64,000 nucleotides of DNA from a virus: the IMG/VR virus record IMGVR_UViG_3300050010_000483, positions 20,592 through 84,591 of that record; one strand, given 5' to 3'. The notes beneath the pieces are model-generated. The model was not told the DNA's origin. It saw nothing but the letters and a program-made list of their open reading frames with translations, and did not search any database. This document shows, in pieces, positions 29,199 to 39,395 of the stretch (within the stretch, counting starts at the first letter, position 1; every line of letters begins with the position of its first letter). The translations under genes were made by a program, and so were the position numbers.

Positions 29199-32100
29199 GT
29201 GTCGTATCAATTACTACAAGGCATAAGTGTTTCACCACAAGGCAATTCAAATCTTGGTAGGTTTAGCAAAACACTGGTAAATGGAACTTGGCCAAGTTCA
29301 TTTGCATTCGGTGGGTGGATTTATAATGCGACATCAGAGGTGGGATTTAGCAATCAACCTTCTGAAATCAAACTTAGCATTGTTCTTGAAGTAACTAATC
29401 GCGCCCAACAATATGCTTTTTTCGACATTAAAGACACAGACCTTCAATGTGGCGCAGGAAATGGCAGCGATGAAAATTGGTACAATATTAATTTTAATGG
29501 TGTTCAATTCAATAACTTTTACTTATATGAGTATGAAATAAACATTGAGAATAACGAAAAAATCCTTTCTGTCACTTTCAAAGACTATTCGTTGATCTTG
29601 GATAAGATTTATGTTGGATTAATTAAACGTCAGGGAGATCAGTTTGTTTATACTGATGAGGCCATTCTTTCCTTTCCTGTTATTTGCCCTGATTGCGTGC
29701 TTGCTGGTAATAGTATCAATGCTTGGGCAAACGTCAATCGCCCGCTTTCTTATGGTTCCTATGTGGGTATTGGAGGAAACACCTATGACAATTTTGCCAA
29801 TATACCCGTTCAAGGAAACATTTATTTGAACTGGCAGCTTCTTTTCTCCCAAGCTCCAATGCAGCCCCACTTCGATTTGAATGGCGGATATCTTATTATT
29901 GGTACGGAAGAAGCCACGGAAGCACGTTGTGGTGATTTAGCGCCTGTTAGTTATAATTTCAATGAATTACTCGCCTCATTGCGTGCCAGAGGAATGCAAT
30001 TTCAAGGGGCCTTTCCTGTTTCAATTCAGGATGCCGATTACATTTATCATCAGAACTACGTTGGTTCTTTGCGTGAGGTTTTACAACAGTGGTGTTCGGA
30101 CTTGGGATATGATTTCTATTGTGTTGGCAAGACTTTTGTGGGCATCAACTTAAATCAGGCCTTGGATATTTCGGCTGTGGTTTCAATTGTGGACCCGACC
30201 ACAACTTTGGGTAATGCGTTTGCCCTAAACCAAAATGCCGCCATTACAGCTTTTAAAACAACAAGTACTCTGCAAAATACATTTAAACAATCTGTCATCG
30301 TTCAGAATAATCGTGCCCGCGACGAAAAGGTTTCTTCCAAGGCTCCAAAACGTTACGTTGGAATTTTGCCTTTGCATCCGATTGATTTTAACCGACACTC
30401 AAATGACATGATAATTCGAGCCAATGCCTTTGGAAACGAATTTATTGACAGTGCTTGGACAAATAATTTTGAACCTGGAAGCAACAATCTAAATCGAACT
30501 CTGCCAGAATTAGATGGACGTACATTTGGAGATATTGATACTTCGATTGCATTGACTAAATATGATGCAAACCTTCGAGATATTTTTTGTCAAGACCGAG
30601 CCATCTATGGAGAAACAGCTGAAATTCAAGCTTCAAATTTTAGGGCACTGGGAATGGTACCTTTGATTCAATTGACTGGCGATGATGCTGCCATGTGTAT
30701 TGAAAAATTGATTCCTGAAAATGGAGATGCAATTTCAAATATTTGTCGAGACAAGAGATTTTATCGTGTCTATTTAGGATACTACTACGATCAATTTAAA
30801 CAAGACATCATTAGTTGGGAACAGCAGGCCGCCGAAGCCATGTATAAGTATGGTTTCATTGCCCGCGGTCTTATTAATGGATTTCCATATTTCCCAATGA
30901 ATTCTTTGAATGACGAAAGTCCTACCAGCGGTTTGTATGGGGATTTGGGAACATCATTGGTGCGTATCCAACACACGGTTGAACCTTCAGCCCAACAATA
31001 TTATGCTTTGCGTCAGGCCCCTTTTAAGGATTTGATTCTATATTCAGGCGTTAATACTCCTTCAAATGTTAGTTTGAATATTCCTCTTGTGTCAAACAAT
31101 TTGACTCGTACTGGACTTTTTCCAACTGGTTTATTTTATGCGTCTCTTGATAATGAATGGGGTACAGATGTTGAGCATTTCAAACGAGCCATGACGCTTA
31201 ACTTGGTTGACCCGTGCGTTGCTCAATTCGCACAGTCTCCAAGTTATACTCAGATTACAAATAATATTCCAACAAGAATGCAAGATTGGAAACTAGATTA
31301 TTTCAAACCACTTGCCGATCCAGATTTGGAAAGTCTTGGTCAGTATGCCGTATCTGCTTTGAGTAGTATTTCTGGACAAACTGTTTATGATAAAACCGTA
31401 AGAACCTATTACGATCAACATTATCTTTTGAATCAAACTTGTTCAAAGTTATGTATCTTGGTTTTGACCGATACGCGTCAACATCCAAATATCTACGCAA
31501 AGTTTACCCCAAAAGGAACTGAATTCACAAACTTCTATGCGCTACAAGCATACAGTGATAAATTACGTCTGGCATTATTACGTCAATTGCAAATTCAAAC
31601 CCCTGATGATTGTTCGTTGCCATTATTGCAAGAAATCTGCCGTAATTATCTTTCTGGTCAATTTCAGATTGGCCCAACTGGTAATCCAATGTATGGTTGT
31701 GTAATTGATGAAGATAAATTCAATTGGTTGATTGATGGTTTCACCTATGAGTATTTGAGTACCTCAAACTCTCGGGGATTAAATATTCAGATAACAAAAA
31801 ATCCTATCCGTAATAGTGATACTGATCTTTTGGTAAATACATTTGCAAATGCAGATATTAATGGAGATTATTATTTTTCGGATGTTGTGAATAATCAGTT
31901 ACAATATAAAACTAGAACAATAAACTATAATATCGTCTACCCTGTGACTTGCAATTCTGCTGGTGGTTCGGCATCCCCCACTGGGGATGGAATCTATGGT
32001 TATTACAATGGTATCTTGACTTCTCAAGTAGATATTGATAATCGTACTCCTGAAATTGTTGATATATTTGGGACGCCAGTAAATGCACTAAATAACAATA

Positions 32101-32489
32101 CAGCTTCGTTGAAGATTATTAATGAATCTGTTGACCCCGATTTACAACCACTACTTGACCCATTCAGTTCCCGTTTCTTCTCATACATGACGGTCATTAC
32201 TGGGACGGGTTCCATTGTAACAAACGCCCAACAGTACTATCAATTCGTAAAAAATCTCAACAACTACGAAATGACTACGCCCTGGAAAACGGTCGAAATG
32301 AGTTTGGCTGGCTCGCCAAGTTCATTTGGGGCATTTTTGCCGTATCTAAGTCCAAATAGTGGTCTCACTAAAATCTCAATGAGTGTAAATGATAATGGCG
32401 TGACGACTAACTTAAGTTTTTCTGATAGATCGAAAATTCTTCCCCGCCAGGAGAGCGTGTTAAACAAAATCGTAGCCAGATTGAAATAA
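29199..32489 (+). CDS. putative baseplate hub/central tail protein
   Basis: 1096 aa, GTG start with GGAGG 9 nt upstream. LSVTFKDYSLILDK...YVGSLREVLQQWCSDLGYDFY is a hub-like pattern, and it ends in KISMSVNDNGVTTNLSF. Confidence 0.6.
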   Translation: MSYQLLQGISVSPQGNSNLGRFSKTLVNGTWPSSFAFGGWIYNATSEVGFSNQPSEIKLSIVLEVTNRAQQYAFFDIKDTDLQCGAGNGSDENWYNINFNGVQFNNFYLYEYEINIENNEKILSVTFKDYSLILDKIYVGLIKRQGDQFVYTDEAILSFPVICPDCVLAGNSINAWANVNRPLSYGSYVGIGGNTYDNFANIPVQGNIYLNWQLLFSQAPMQPHFDLNGGYLIIGTEEATEARCGDLAPVSYNFNELLASLRARGMQFQGAFPVSIQDADYIYHQNYVGSLREVLQQWCSDLGYDFYCVGKTFVGINLNQALDISAVVSIVDPTTTLGNAFALNQNAAITAFKTTSTLQNTFKQSVIVQNNRARDEKVSSKAPKRYVGILPLHPIDFNRHSNDMIIRANAFGNEFIDSAWTNNFEPGSNNLNRTLPELDGRTFGDIDTSIALTKYDANLRDIFCQDRAIYGETAEIQASNFRALGMVPLIQLTGDDAAMCIEKLIPENGDAISNICRDKRFYRVYLGYYYDQFKQDIISWEQQAAEAMYKYGFIARGLINGFPYFPMNSLNDESPTSGLYGDLGTSLVRIQHTVEPSAQQYYALRQAPFKDLILYSGVNTPSNVSLNIPLVSNNLTRTGLFPTGLFYASLDNEWGTDVEHFKRAMTLNLVDPCVAQFAQSPSYTQITNNIPTRMQDWKLDYFKPLADPDLESLGQYAVSALSSISGQTVYDKTVRTYYDQHYLLNQTCSKLCILVLTDTRQHPNIYAKFTPKGTEFTNFYALQAYSDKLRLALLRQLQIQTPDDCSLPLLQEICRNYLSGQFQIGPTGNPMYGCVIDEDKFNWLIDGFTYEYLSTSNSRGLNIQITKNPIRNSDTDLLVNTFANADINGDYYFSDVVNNQLQYKTRTINYNIVYPVTCNSAGGSASPTGDGIYGYYNGILTSQVDIDNRTPEIVDIFGTPVNALNNNTASLKIINESVDPDLQPLLDPFSSRFFSYMTVITGTGSIVTNAQQYYQFVKNLNNYEMTTPWKTVEMSLAGSPSSFGAFLPYLSPNSGLTKISMSVNDNGVTTNLSFSDRSKILPRQESVLNKIVARLK

Positions 32490-32506
32490 ATTATTGGATA
32501 TTATTA

Positions 32507-34507
32507 ATGCAGTTCACGGGCACAAATTTTTTGTATTTGCCAATGGTAAACAGGTTTCAGTTTACCTTTGCGGATATTACTGTCTCGGACTGGTCACAAT
32601 ACTCCGTTACTCTTGACTGCATCAGTGGTTCTTATCCAACTGGTTATAATACAAACTCATACATTAACCTATTCTTTTTAAGCGGGGGCGACGTTTTCAT
32701 GAGCGATGGTACGCTGGGTTTAAATACGAATCGAATTATTGCATCCTATACAACTGGGGTGCCGTTTGACGTGTCTGGCTGGGTCAACATGGCGTCGGGC
32801 ACTTATATCAATGTGGATGGAGCAGAAGGATTTCAAAGCAGTCTAATGACCAAATATGGCGGCTCTGGCAGCTTTGGACAACTTAAGATCATAAATAGCG
32901 GTAGCGGAACATTTGCGTCGAATATTTTTCTCATAGGAGATCAGATAAACTACTCATTTTCAGTACAACCTATTCCAGCCAATGGGGCATCCACGGGGAG
33001 TTTGATTAGTAACTATAATGGTATGATTTTTGACTTGAATTTGTACTTCTATCAGTCAAATCAACCGATCTTGACATTTTCTGGCTCTCAAAACATTTCA
33101 GGCGTAAATAGTCAAGTAAATAATAGTTATGTGATGTTTGATAATGATGCTGATTTCCGTACAATTGGAGGAAACGCCTTGGCAATCGTTGGAACTTTAC
33201 AAGGACAAGTAACCGTACCTTTCAGTTATTTTAAATTTATTAATGATGTGGTGACATTATCAATCACCAGTCAGAATTCTGGTCAAACGACATTTGGAGG
33301 ACAATTTAATGGAATTTGGGAAAACAATCAATTCACATATCAAGATTTCCCAAGTGTTTTGACTTTAAATTACATCGTTTCCAACAACGATACATTTGGT
33401 AATCCAAATCCATCAACATTTTTCTTGGATATCAATATGGGTTCTGGACTTCCATATTCATACATTTCAGGATTTAACTTGACATCGAATGGGGAATATC
33501 TTTATACTCCAACAGTTTTGTTTACAGGATACTATGGAATTACTGGTATTCAAGAAGCTTTTGCACCACTGTTATTTTCAAGCGGATGTAGTGGAAATCT
33601 TCCCATATCTTTTCTGCCATCAAATGGTAGTGGTTCAGCGGCATCAGGTTTACTATTAACAACGGCTGTACAATTGCAAAATCTTTACTTCGCAGGAATT
33701 CAAACCTATTATATCGTAAATGGGTATCAGATTTTAAATCAAGGTTCTGGTTACACATTGGCCCCGAAGGCAATTGTAAATACGGGATTTTATGGAAGTA
33801 CTTGTTATGATGTTCCTGCGAAATATCCAAACGTATTTCCTGTGTTTGCCGCTTTCGACACTTCTGGGACCCTGCTGCCTTTAGCAAGTTATTTAACGGG
33901 TACGGCCATGACAACCACTGGTTTGGTTAGTGAGGGTACAATACCTGGACTAATTGTAACAGGAATTGATATTTCAAACATTGGTTCTGGTTACACGCCA
34001 TCACAATTTCCATTCATCAGTTTCATCAGACAACCAGGAGATACACTTACCAAAAATGCTTCTGGAAATTTTGTATTGACAACCTCTGGTTACTCAAATC
34101 TAAATCAATATACTACCGTACAACAATTAATTCAAAATCAAGATTTTACGACAGTCACTCAATTTTCTGGAACGTCAATTCAGCTTGATCCTACTCAGCA
34201 GATGGTCACTTACCAGATTGCTGTATCTGGTTGTCCATTTACACAACCATCATCAGGAGGATATATTGTATTTAGCACAGATGGTGTGAACTATAACATT
34301 TCGGAAGACCCAATTGTGTTTGCCCGCACTTTCTCAACGGACCCATTAAGCTTAAAAAAAAATAACATAAATTTTACAGGGGTGTATACTCAAGTGGTGC
34401 CACTGGGAAGCGACTTATCATTTTTATTGACACAAAATCAACTAGATATGCTTTATACATCTTATTCAAGTAGTCAAACGCTCGACTTGGGAGATTTAAA
34501 TTTTTGA
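32507..34507 (+). CDS. virion structural protein
   Basis: 666 aa, extremely S/T/G/F-rich, with GSGYT repeats (NQGSGYT, NIGSGYT) as seen in phage structural proteins. Confidence 0.65.
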   Translation: MQFTGTNFLYLPMVNRFQFTFADITVSDWSQYSVTLDCISGSYPTGYNTNSYINLFFLSGGDVFMSDGTLGLNTNRIIASYTTGVPFDVSGWVNMASGTYINVDGAEGFQSSLMTKYGGSGSFGQLKIINSGSGTFASNIFLIGDQINYSFSVQPIPANGASTGSLISNYNGMIFDLNLYFYQSNQPILTFSGSQNISGVNSQVNNSYVMFDNDADFRTIGGNALAIVGTLQGQVTVPFSYFKFINDVVTLSITSQNSGQTTFGGQFNGIWENNQFTYQDFPSVLTLNYIVSNNDTFGNPNPSTFFLDINMGSGLPYSYISGFNLTSNGEYLYTPTVLFTGYYGITGIQEAFAPLLFSSGCSGNLPISFLPSNGSGSAASGLLLTTAVQLQNLYFAGIQTYYIVNGYQILNQGSGYTLAPKAIVNTGFYGSTCYDVPAKYPNVFPVFAAFDTSGTLLPLASYLTGTAMTTTGLVSEGTIPGLIVTGIDISNIGSGYTPSQFPFISFIRQPGDTLTKNASGNFVLTTSGYSNLNQYTTVQQLIQNQDFTTVTQFSGTSIQLDPTQQMVTYQIAVSGCPFTQPSSGGYIVFSTDGVNYNISEDPIVFARTFSTDPLSLKKNNINFTGVYTQVVPLGSDLSFLLTQNQLDMLYTSYSSSQTLDLGDLNF

Positions 34508-34508
34508 T

Positions 34509-35417
34509 ATGGACGGACTAGACGAAAAAAGAAAAACAGCAACAAACTCTCAATCTGAGATTATTGATGCACGAGTTATTGCAAACTATGGAGACCCAGG
34601 CCTGCAAGAAGACTATCAATTTGATCTATTGAGCCAATATGTCATAGTCATGTCAGAATCTTTCTATCGTGTTCCAACAACTGATCGTTGGTGGAATATG
34701 ATTGCTGTTGTTCAGCGGCCAAAACATCTTTGGATTACTACTAACCAAGTAACCACTCCATCCACCCAACAAAGATTGGACGCGGAAGGTAATGTAAATG
34801 TCGGTTTGGCATCTTCATATTCCATTCAAGGAATTCAAGCCATTAATCAACCATATGCACTGGGAGAGCAGATTAAAATTAAACGACTTCAAAGTCCTTA
34901 TACGCAATACAGATTTCCGAGCTTTTTTAATTCACAGTTTCAACAGTGGGGAACAATGTATTCTTCCTATGGGTCTTGGCATACTCAAGGTTCAACTTTA
35001 CCCTACATAAATAGCGATAGTAATAAGGTTGCGGCATTGCAAACCAAGACAATAATTCCCGCTGGAAATCAATTGTTTTATTTTAATCTGACGAAGTATC
35101 AATATGAAGCAGCGATATTGACAATTGCCGACCCTTCTGTCGCGCAAAGTATGACATCAATTTTTAATGGGTCATGGAATGGGGCCACCCCTGTTTATAC
35201 TGCCAATGGGGGATATTTATTCAACAGTGCAGCGTCCATTGTAATTGCCTCATGCGAGTATGAGGATATTAACATTGGAAATAAATATCGAGTGAATGAA
35301 AGTAATTGTATACCATTGGCTATTATGACCCCAAACAATTTTCCTAGTCCGAAAACTAGGAATGCGGGAACAATTGCTTATACACCGAGTTATTCGCCTG
35401 TTGCGATTGCGTCTTAA
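34509..35417 (+). CDS. hypothetical tail-associated protein
   Basis: 302-aa ORF coupled to the upstream gene, last of the + strand run. Confidence 0.65.
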   Translation: MDGLDEKRKTATNSQSEIIDARVIANYGDPGLQEDYQFDLLSQYVIVMSESFYRVPTTDRWWNMIAVVQRPKHLWITTNQVTTPSTQQRLDAEGNVNVGLASSYSIQGIQAINQPYALGEQIKIKRLQSPYTQYRFPSFFNSQFQQWGTMYSSYGSWHTQGSTLPYINSDSNKVAALQTKTIIPAGNQLFYFNLTKYQYEAAILTIADPSVAQSMTSIFNGSWNGATPVYTANGGYLFNSAASIVIASCEYEDINIGNKYRVNESNCIPLAIMTPNNFPSPKTRNAGTIAYTPSYSPVAIAS

Positions 35418-36202
35418 CCTGACGCAGCTTCAGCTTCTTTTTTTAACTTGTCCGCTTCGCGTTCAGCGGCTTTCTGCTTGATACGAGCAACCAACTCTAA
35501 TTGTTGATAGCGGGGAATGTCAGACAGGGCGGTAAATTTTTCTGCTCCTTCTACCTTTTCTTCAATTAGTTTGCGTTTGATCGTCTCAAAAGATACTCCA
35601 AACTGTGCAACAGTGGCTCTCAAAAGACTCAAAACGGAATCTTCCTGTTGGGGGTCATTGGAAGTATCGCCACCAATTTCGTCGGCAGATACAATATTAA
35701 TGTTCAAGAAATTACGAACAGCACGGCAAAAAGCACGGTTTTCAGCAATCGCTGCTAAAAAGTTCTTGCCAAGACCATTAACATTGAGATCACACGCATC
35801 CCCAGCAGATGAAAAAGATACTGCTCTACCTTCTGTTTCATAGTTACCAATCCATGTAATAGTGCAAACGGAAGCTACATAACGATCATTAGGAACTGTG
35901 AGAGAATGAGAAACTTGAGTATAACCACGAGTCTTGGCCAAGTCTTTAATTCCACCAAGAAGAATAAGGATTTCGGTATCTTTGAGGCCATCAGTGGTTT
36001 CTGGCACGGGTAATCCTTTCTTGATGAAATTTTGCTTGTGAGGAACAAGAAATTCTGGTTTAATCATCCTGCGCCAATCAATCGTTCCATCATCACGATA
36101 AACATACACGACACTGGTATCGCAAATCAAACCATGTTGGTTGCGAGAAAATTGCTTTTTAGGAATACAGGAGGGAACAATTGTTTGGGATTCTGTGGAC
36201 AT
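35414..36202 (-). CDS. putative single-strand annealing protein (Rad52/Sak-like)
   Basis: ILLGGIKDLAK.RG...FSSAGDA...AIAENRAFCRAVRNFLNI..VSADEI matches the helix-bundle signature of Rad52-superfamily annealases. Confidence 0.55.
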   Translation of the reverse strand: MSTESQTIVPSCIPKKQFSRNQHGLICDTSVVYVYRDDGTIDWRRMIKPEFLVPHKQNFIKKGLPVPETTDGLKDTEILILLGGIKDLAKTRGYTQVSHSLTVPNDRYVASVCTITWIGNYETEGRAVSFSSAGDACDLNVNGLGKNFLAAIAENRAFCRAVRNFLNINIVSADEIGGDTSNDPQQEDSVLSLLRATVAQFGVSFETIKRKLIEEKVEGAEKFTALSDIPRYQQLELVARIKQKAAEREADKLKKEAEAASG

Positions 36203-36203
36203 A

Positions 36204-37385
36204 TTATTTGAGTTTGATGATTGTATAAAAAGATAAATCTTTCCAAAAGGATGGACAATTAATTATCGGGGAATATTCAAATTCGTTCTGTAGCACCACG
36301 GTATTTTCTCGGGCAGCATGGCTTGCAAAAGCCATTCCTTTTGAAAAAATAAATTTATTTGAACGATAGAACAACTGCGTTCCCTTTGAGAGGATAGATT
36401 TGATTTTTTCTTCATCTGGCACGGGAAGAATATTAATTTTTCCAAGTTCATAGTAGTTGATTTTTTTAACATCAATTTCTTGTTGAGATAGTTCTGTAAT
36501 CAATAGTACGTCAATACCAAGATTTTTCACCTGTTTGACAAACTCTGGTTTATCGTCTTGAGTAATACGATATACCAGCATTCCAATTTTAGATTTGAAA
36601 TGACGCAACAGATTAAGATTAATTGGCTTATCTGTTACTACCATTGACTTACCGAAATAATTCAATTGAGCGGTAAAAATGTTTTCGTCATAGTGAAGAT
36701 CAACTCGTAATTCAACAAGTTCATTTGGATTATTAAGGGCCATACCTGAATCAGGAATCAACTCTCTAATCATTTGACAACTGTAACGTTCACCCGTATA
36801 GACTGTTTCAAAAGCGACAACTTCTTTTAACTCTAATAGGTCTAAAACAGCCTGAGCAATTTCTTCTGGTCTAATGGTATTAATGGATTTTGGATTTTCT
36901 TGTGGTGAGTAAGATGGTTTCTTATTACCAACTCGTTCATATGCTTTGAATAAACGATGCTTTTTTGGATTACCAAAGTGAGGACCAGAAATCTCTGGTG
37001 TATTATTACTATAAATGGAAACGATAGGCTTGTCATACATCGAAGCCAAATGCACTCCAAAACTATCAGGACCGAAATATAGCAAAGAATTTTTCACGAC
37101 GTATGCGAATTGATGAAGTGATGTCTTTCCACGAAGGTCAACAACCTTCTTGTATGGACGTTCTTTATCCAATCCCGCCTGAACAATAGTGACGCCATGT
37201 TTCAACAAAAATGGATACAAGATGTCAAGAACATCCTGCCAATAGTGATAATTACGACTATCGTATAGAGTCTCCGCCTGAAACGTTATGAACTTTTCAA
37301 TCGGAAGTGGAATGTAGGTTTCCAAAATGTGCGGGCGATCAATTTTCGCACCACAATTAACTGCGTAGGTATCAAGTAGCCTCAT
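36204..37385 (-). CDS. glycosyltransferase, GT9 (heptosyltransferase-like) C-terminal lobe plus extra domain
   Basis: SRNYHYWQDV...IVQAG...DLRGKTSLHQFAYVVKNSLLYFGPDSFGVHLASMYDKPIVSIY is the GT9 nucleotide-sugar-binding lobe. Confidence 0.75.
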   Translation of the reverse strand: MRLLDTYAVNCGAKIDRPHILETYIPLPIEKFITFQAETLYDSRNYHYWQDVLDILYPFLLKHGVTIVQAGLDKERPYKKVVDLRGKTSLHQFAYVVKNSLLYFGPDSFGVHLASMYDKPIVSIYSNNTPEISGPHFGNPKKHRLFKAYERVGNKKPSYSPQENPKSINTIRPEEIAQAVLDLLELKEVVAFETVYTGERYSCQMIRELIPDSGMALNNPNELVELRVDLHYDENIFTAQLNYFGKSMVVTDKPINLNLLRHFKSKIGMLVYRITQDDKPEFVKQVKNLGIDVLLITELSQQEIDVKKINYYELGKINILPVPDEEKIKSILSKGTQLFYRSNKFIFSKGMAFASHAARENTVVLQNEFEYSPIINCPSFWKDLSFYTIIKLK

Positions 37386-37403
37386 AATAAATATTTTTTA
37401 AAA

Positions 37404-39350
37404 TTAATGCAAATCAAAATCAATTTTATCGCATCCTCCATGCAAATATGTCAGCATCCTTTGAGTTTGCACATATGGCTGATAGGCGACATTGAAATAT
37501 CCAGCATGAGTGGCATTACCCTCAAGCCAGAGTAAATTATCCATCTGAGGATTATATTCCAACCAGACATCCATATATGGATTACCATCAAGTAGTTCTT
37601 TGAACTCTTTTTTAGTGGCCACATAGAACGTCCAATCAGGATAACGGGCCTTAATGGATTTAAACAATGCAGTCACCAAAAAGATGTCACCAGCAGATTC
37701 AGGCTGAACCAGAATAACGCGCCCTTTATCATCTTTACGAAGGAGAGATTCAAATGAAACTTGTTGTTGATTTTTTTGATTGTCATCAGTGGCAACCTTG
37801 CGAAAATACTGTTCAATATCAGAACGCTTTATTCCTTCTTTCAACTTTATCATCCAATACTTGAGGCCCTCATCGTTATCAAAAATATCATTCTTGAGGA
37901 TATTTTTGTACATAAACAGCAACCAAGATTTGTCATCAGACATTTCAGGAATTGAACAGAATGGGTCTTTGAATTCATGGTTCTCAACAAAATAATCATC
38001 TTGAGCCAAGGGGGCCGAATCAATAAAAGCCTCCAAAATAGGACCAAGAACTTCAATAGAAAAGTTATCAAGCACCCATCGACGGGCTTTTTTACCCATT
38101 TCTCGACGTTGGGTGAGTTTCATTTTTTCAACTTTGCCAAGTTGCTTGACAATGCTTGATGGATATGTTGAGGCTTTTATAAACTGGCTGCCAGGTTCAC
38201 GATACTCAGCCCAGTCTAATGGCAAAGAACCAGCTTCGTCAACACACATATCTTCGCCGCAACTATAATTGGTTACAAGAGTTATGAGTTCAGTAAGTTT
38301 AGCTTCCTGAATCGGAATCTCTTGGCCACCAGAAGTAAAAGGATGACAGTATACATCCATTAAATTATAAACTTCATTAAGTTCACTTTCATCAATACCA
38401 ATAGTAGGATGAGTAGTGACAAACTGTTTTTCAGCTTTACATGTTGGGCAAATATGTTCTGGACCATTAAAAGCTTTAACCTGATAATTGCGACAGTTTT
38501 TACATACATAAGTTGTCAGTATTTCATCCATGGGTACATTATGTTCCTTACATAGAGTCGGAATATCCCAACCTTCTGTCCAACAAGTATGTAATAGAAG
38601 TCTACTGGTGATATCTGGATGTTCTTGTTTAAAGATTTTATATCCTTGTAGGAGATTCGGAACAGATTTTCTCAACTGATTACGAAATACAAAACCAACT
38701 ACAAAAGCGTGATCTGGAATACCGAACTTAGTTCTGAGCGCTTTTCGTTTCTCGTCCGATAGACGGTGAAATGAATGGGTATCAATTGGACCGCGGACAG
38801 TTTTAACATGCGTATGTCCAAGTTTATGCAGGGCTTTGGTCGCAAAATCGGCCCAAGACCAATAATTTTGAACTTTTGGGGCAAGATCAACAGCTTTGGT
38901 TAGGATTGGCAATGAATCCAAAGTTGTCCAAAGGACGCTAGGAATTTTTTTAAACCATTTTTTATCAACAGCAAAGTCTATACCCCAAATATCTTGCATT
39001 CCTATAAAAATATCTGGTTTTTCTTGTTTAACTGCTTGATCGAGAGCAAAAGCCCCGTACCCAGCCATACGTTCAATATCGCCCCAGGAACGTGGGTCGT
39101 TTTGGCGTTTAATTTGTTCCAGTTGTTGGGCGTTAACGGAAGCAATCGTTTTCCATGGCATTCTATCTGTGTCATTTACAATTTGAGTATCAATAGAACC
39201 AACGGCAAAATTAACAAGATCGTATTTTTTCGTTTTAAATAAGTATTCGAGAATAACCCTATTAACTTTTCCAAAACCAGTGAATGCAAGGGGGTGGTCT
39301 GATTGTATGAACACTTTTTTGCGACGATTTATAATGGGCGTTTCTGACAT
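37404..39350 (-). CDS. multidomain glycosyltransferase (GT4-like GT-B + Zn ribbon + GT9 N-terminal lobe)
   Basis: TGFGKV...RNQLRKSVP...LNEVYNLMDVYCHPFTSGGQEIPIQEA is GT4-like. It contains CKNC..CPTC and ends in PESAGDIFLVTALFKSIKARYPD...LLDGNPYMD. Confidence 0.8.
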   Translation of the reverse strand: MSETPIINRRKKVFIQSDHPLAFTGFGKVNRVILEYLFKTKKYDLVNFAVGSIDTQIVNDTDRMPWKTIASVNAQQLEQIKRQNDPRSWGDIERMAGYGAFALDQAVKQEKPDIFIGMQDIWGIDFAVDKKWFKKIPSVLWTTLDSLPILTKAVDLAPKVQNYWSWADFATKALHKLGHTHVKTVRGPIDTHSFHRLSDEKRKALRTKFGIPDHAFVVGFVFRNQLRKSVPNLLQGYKIFKQEHPDITSRLLLHTCWTEGWDIPTLCKEHNVPMDEILTTYVCKNCRNYQVKAFNGPEHICPTCKAEKQFVTTHPTIGIDESELNEVYNLMDVYCHPFTSGGQEIPIQEAKLTELITLVTNYSCGEDMCVDEAGSLPLDWAEYREPGSQFIKASTYPSSIVKQLGKVEKMKLTQRREMGKKARRWVLDNFSIEVLGPILEAFIDSAPLAQDDYFVENHEFKDPFCSIPEMSDDKSWLLFMYKNILKNDIFDNDEGLKYWMIKLKEGIKRSDIEQYFRKVATDDNQKNQQQVSFESLLRKDDKGRVILVQPESAGDIFLVTALFKSIKARYPDWTFYVATKKEFKELLDGNPYMDVWLEYNPQMDNLLWLEGNATHAGYFNVAYQPYVQTQRMLTYLHGGCDKIDFDLH

Positions 39351-39395
39351 ATTTGTTTTATTTTTTTTAAAAAATCTTTTACAATTTTCCTAATT

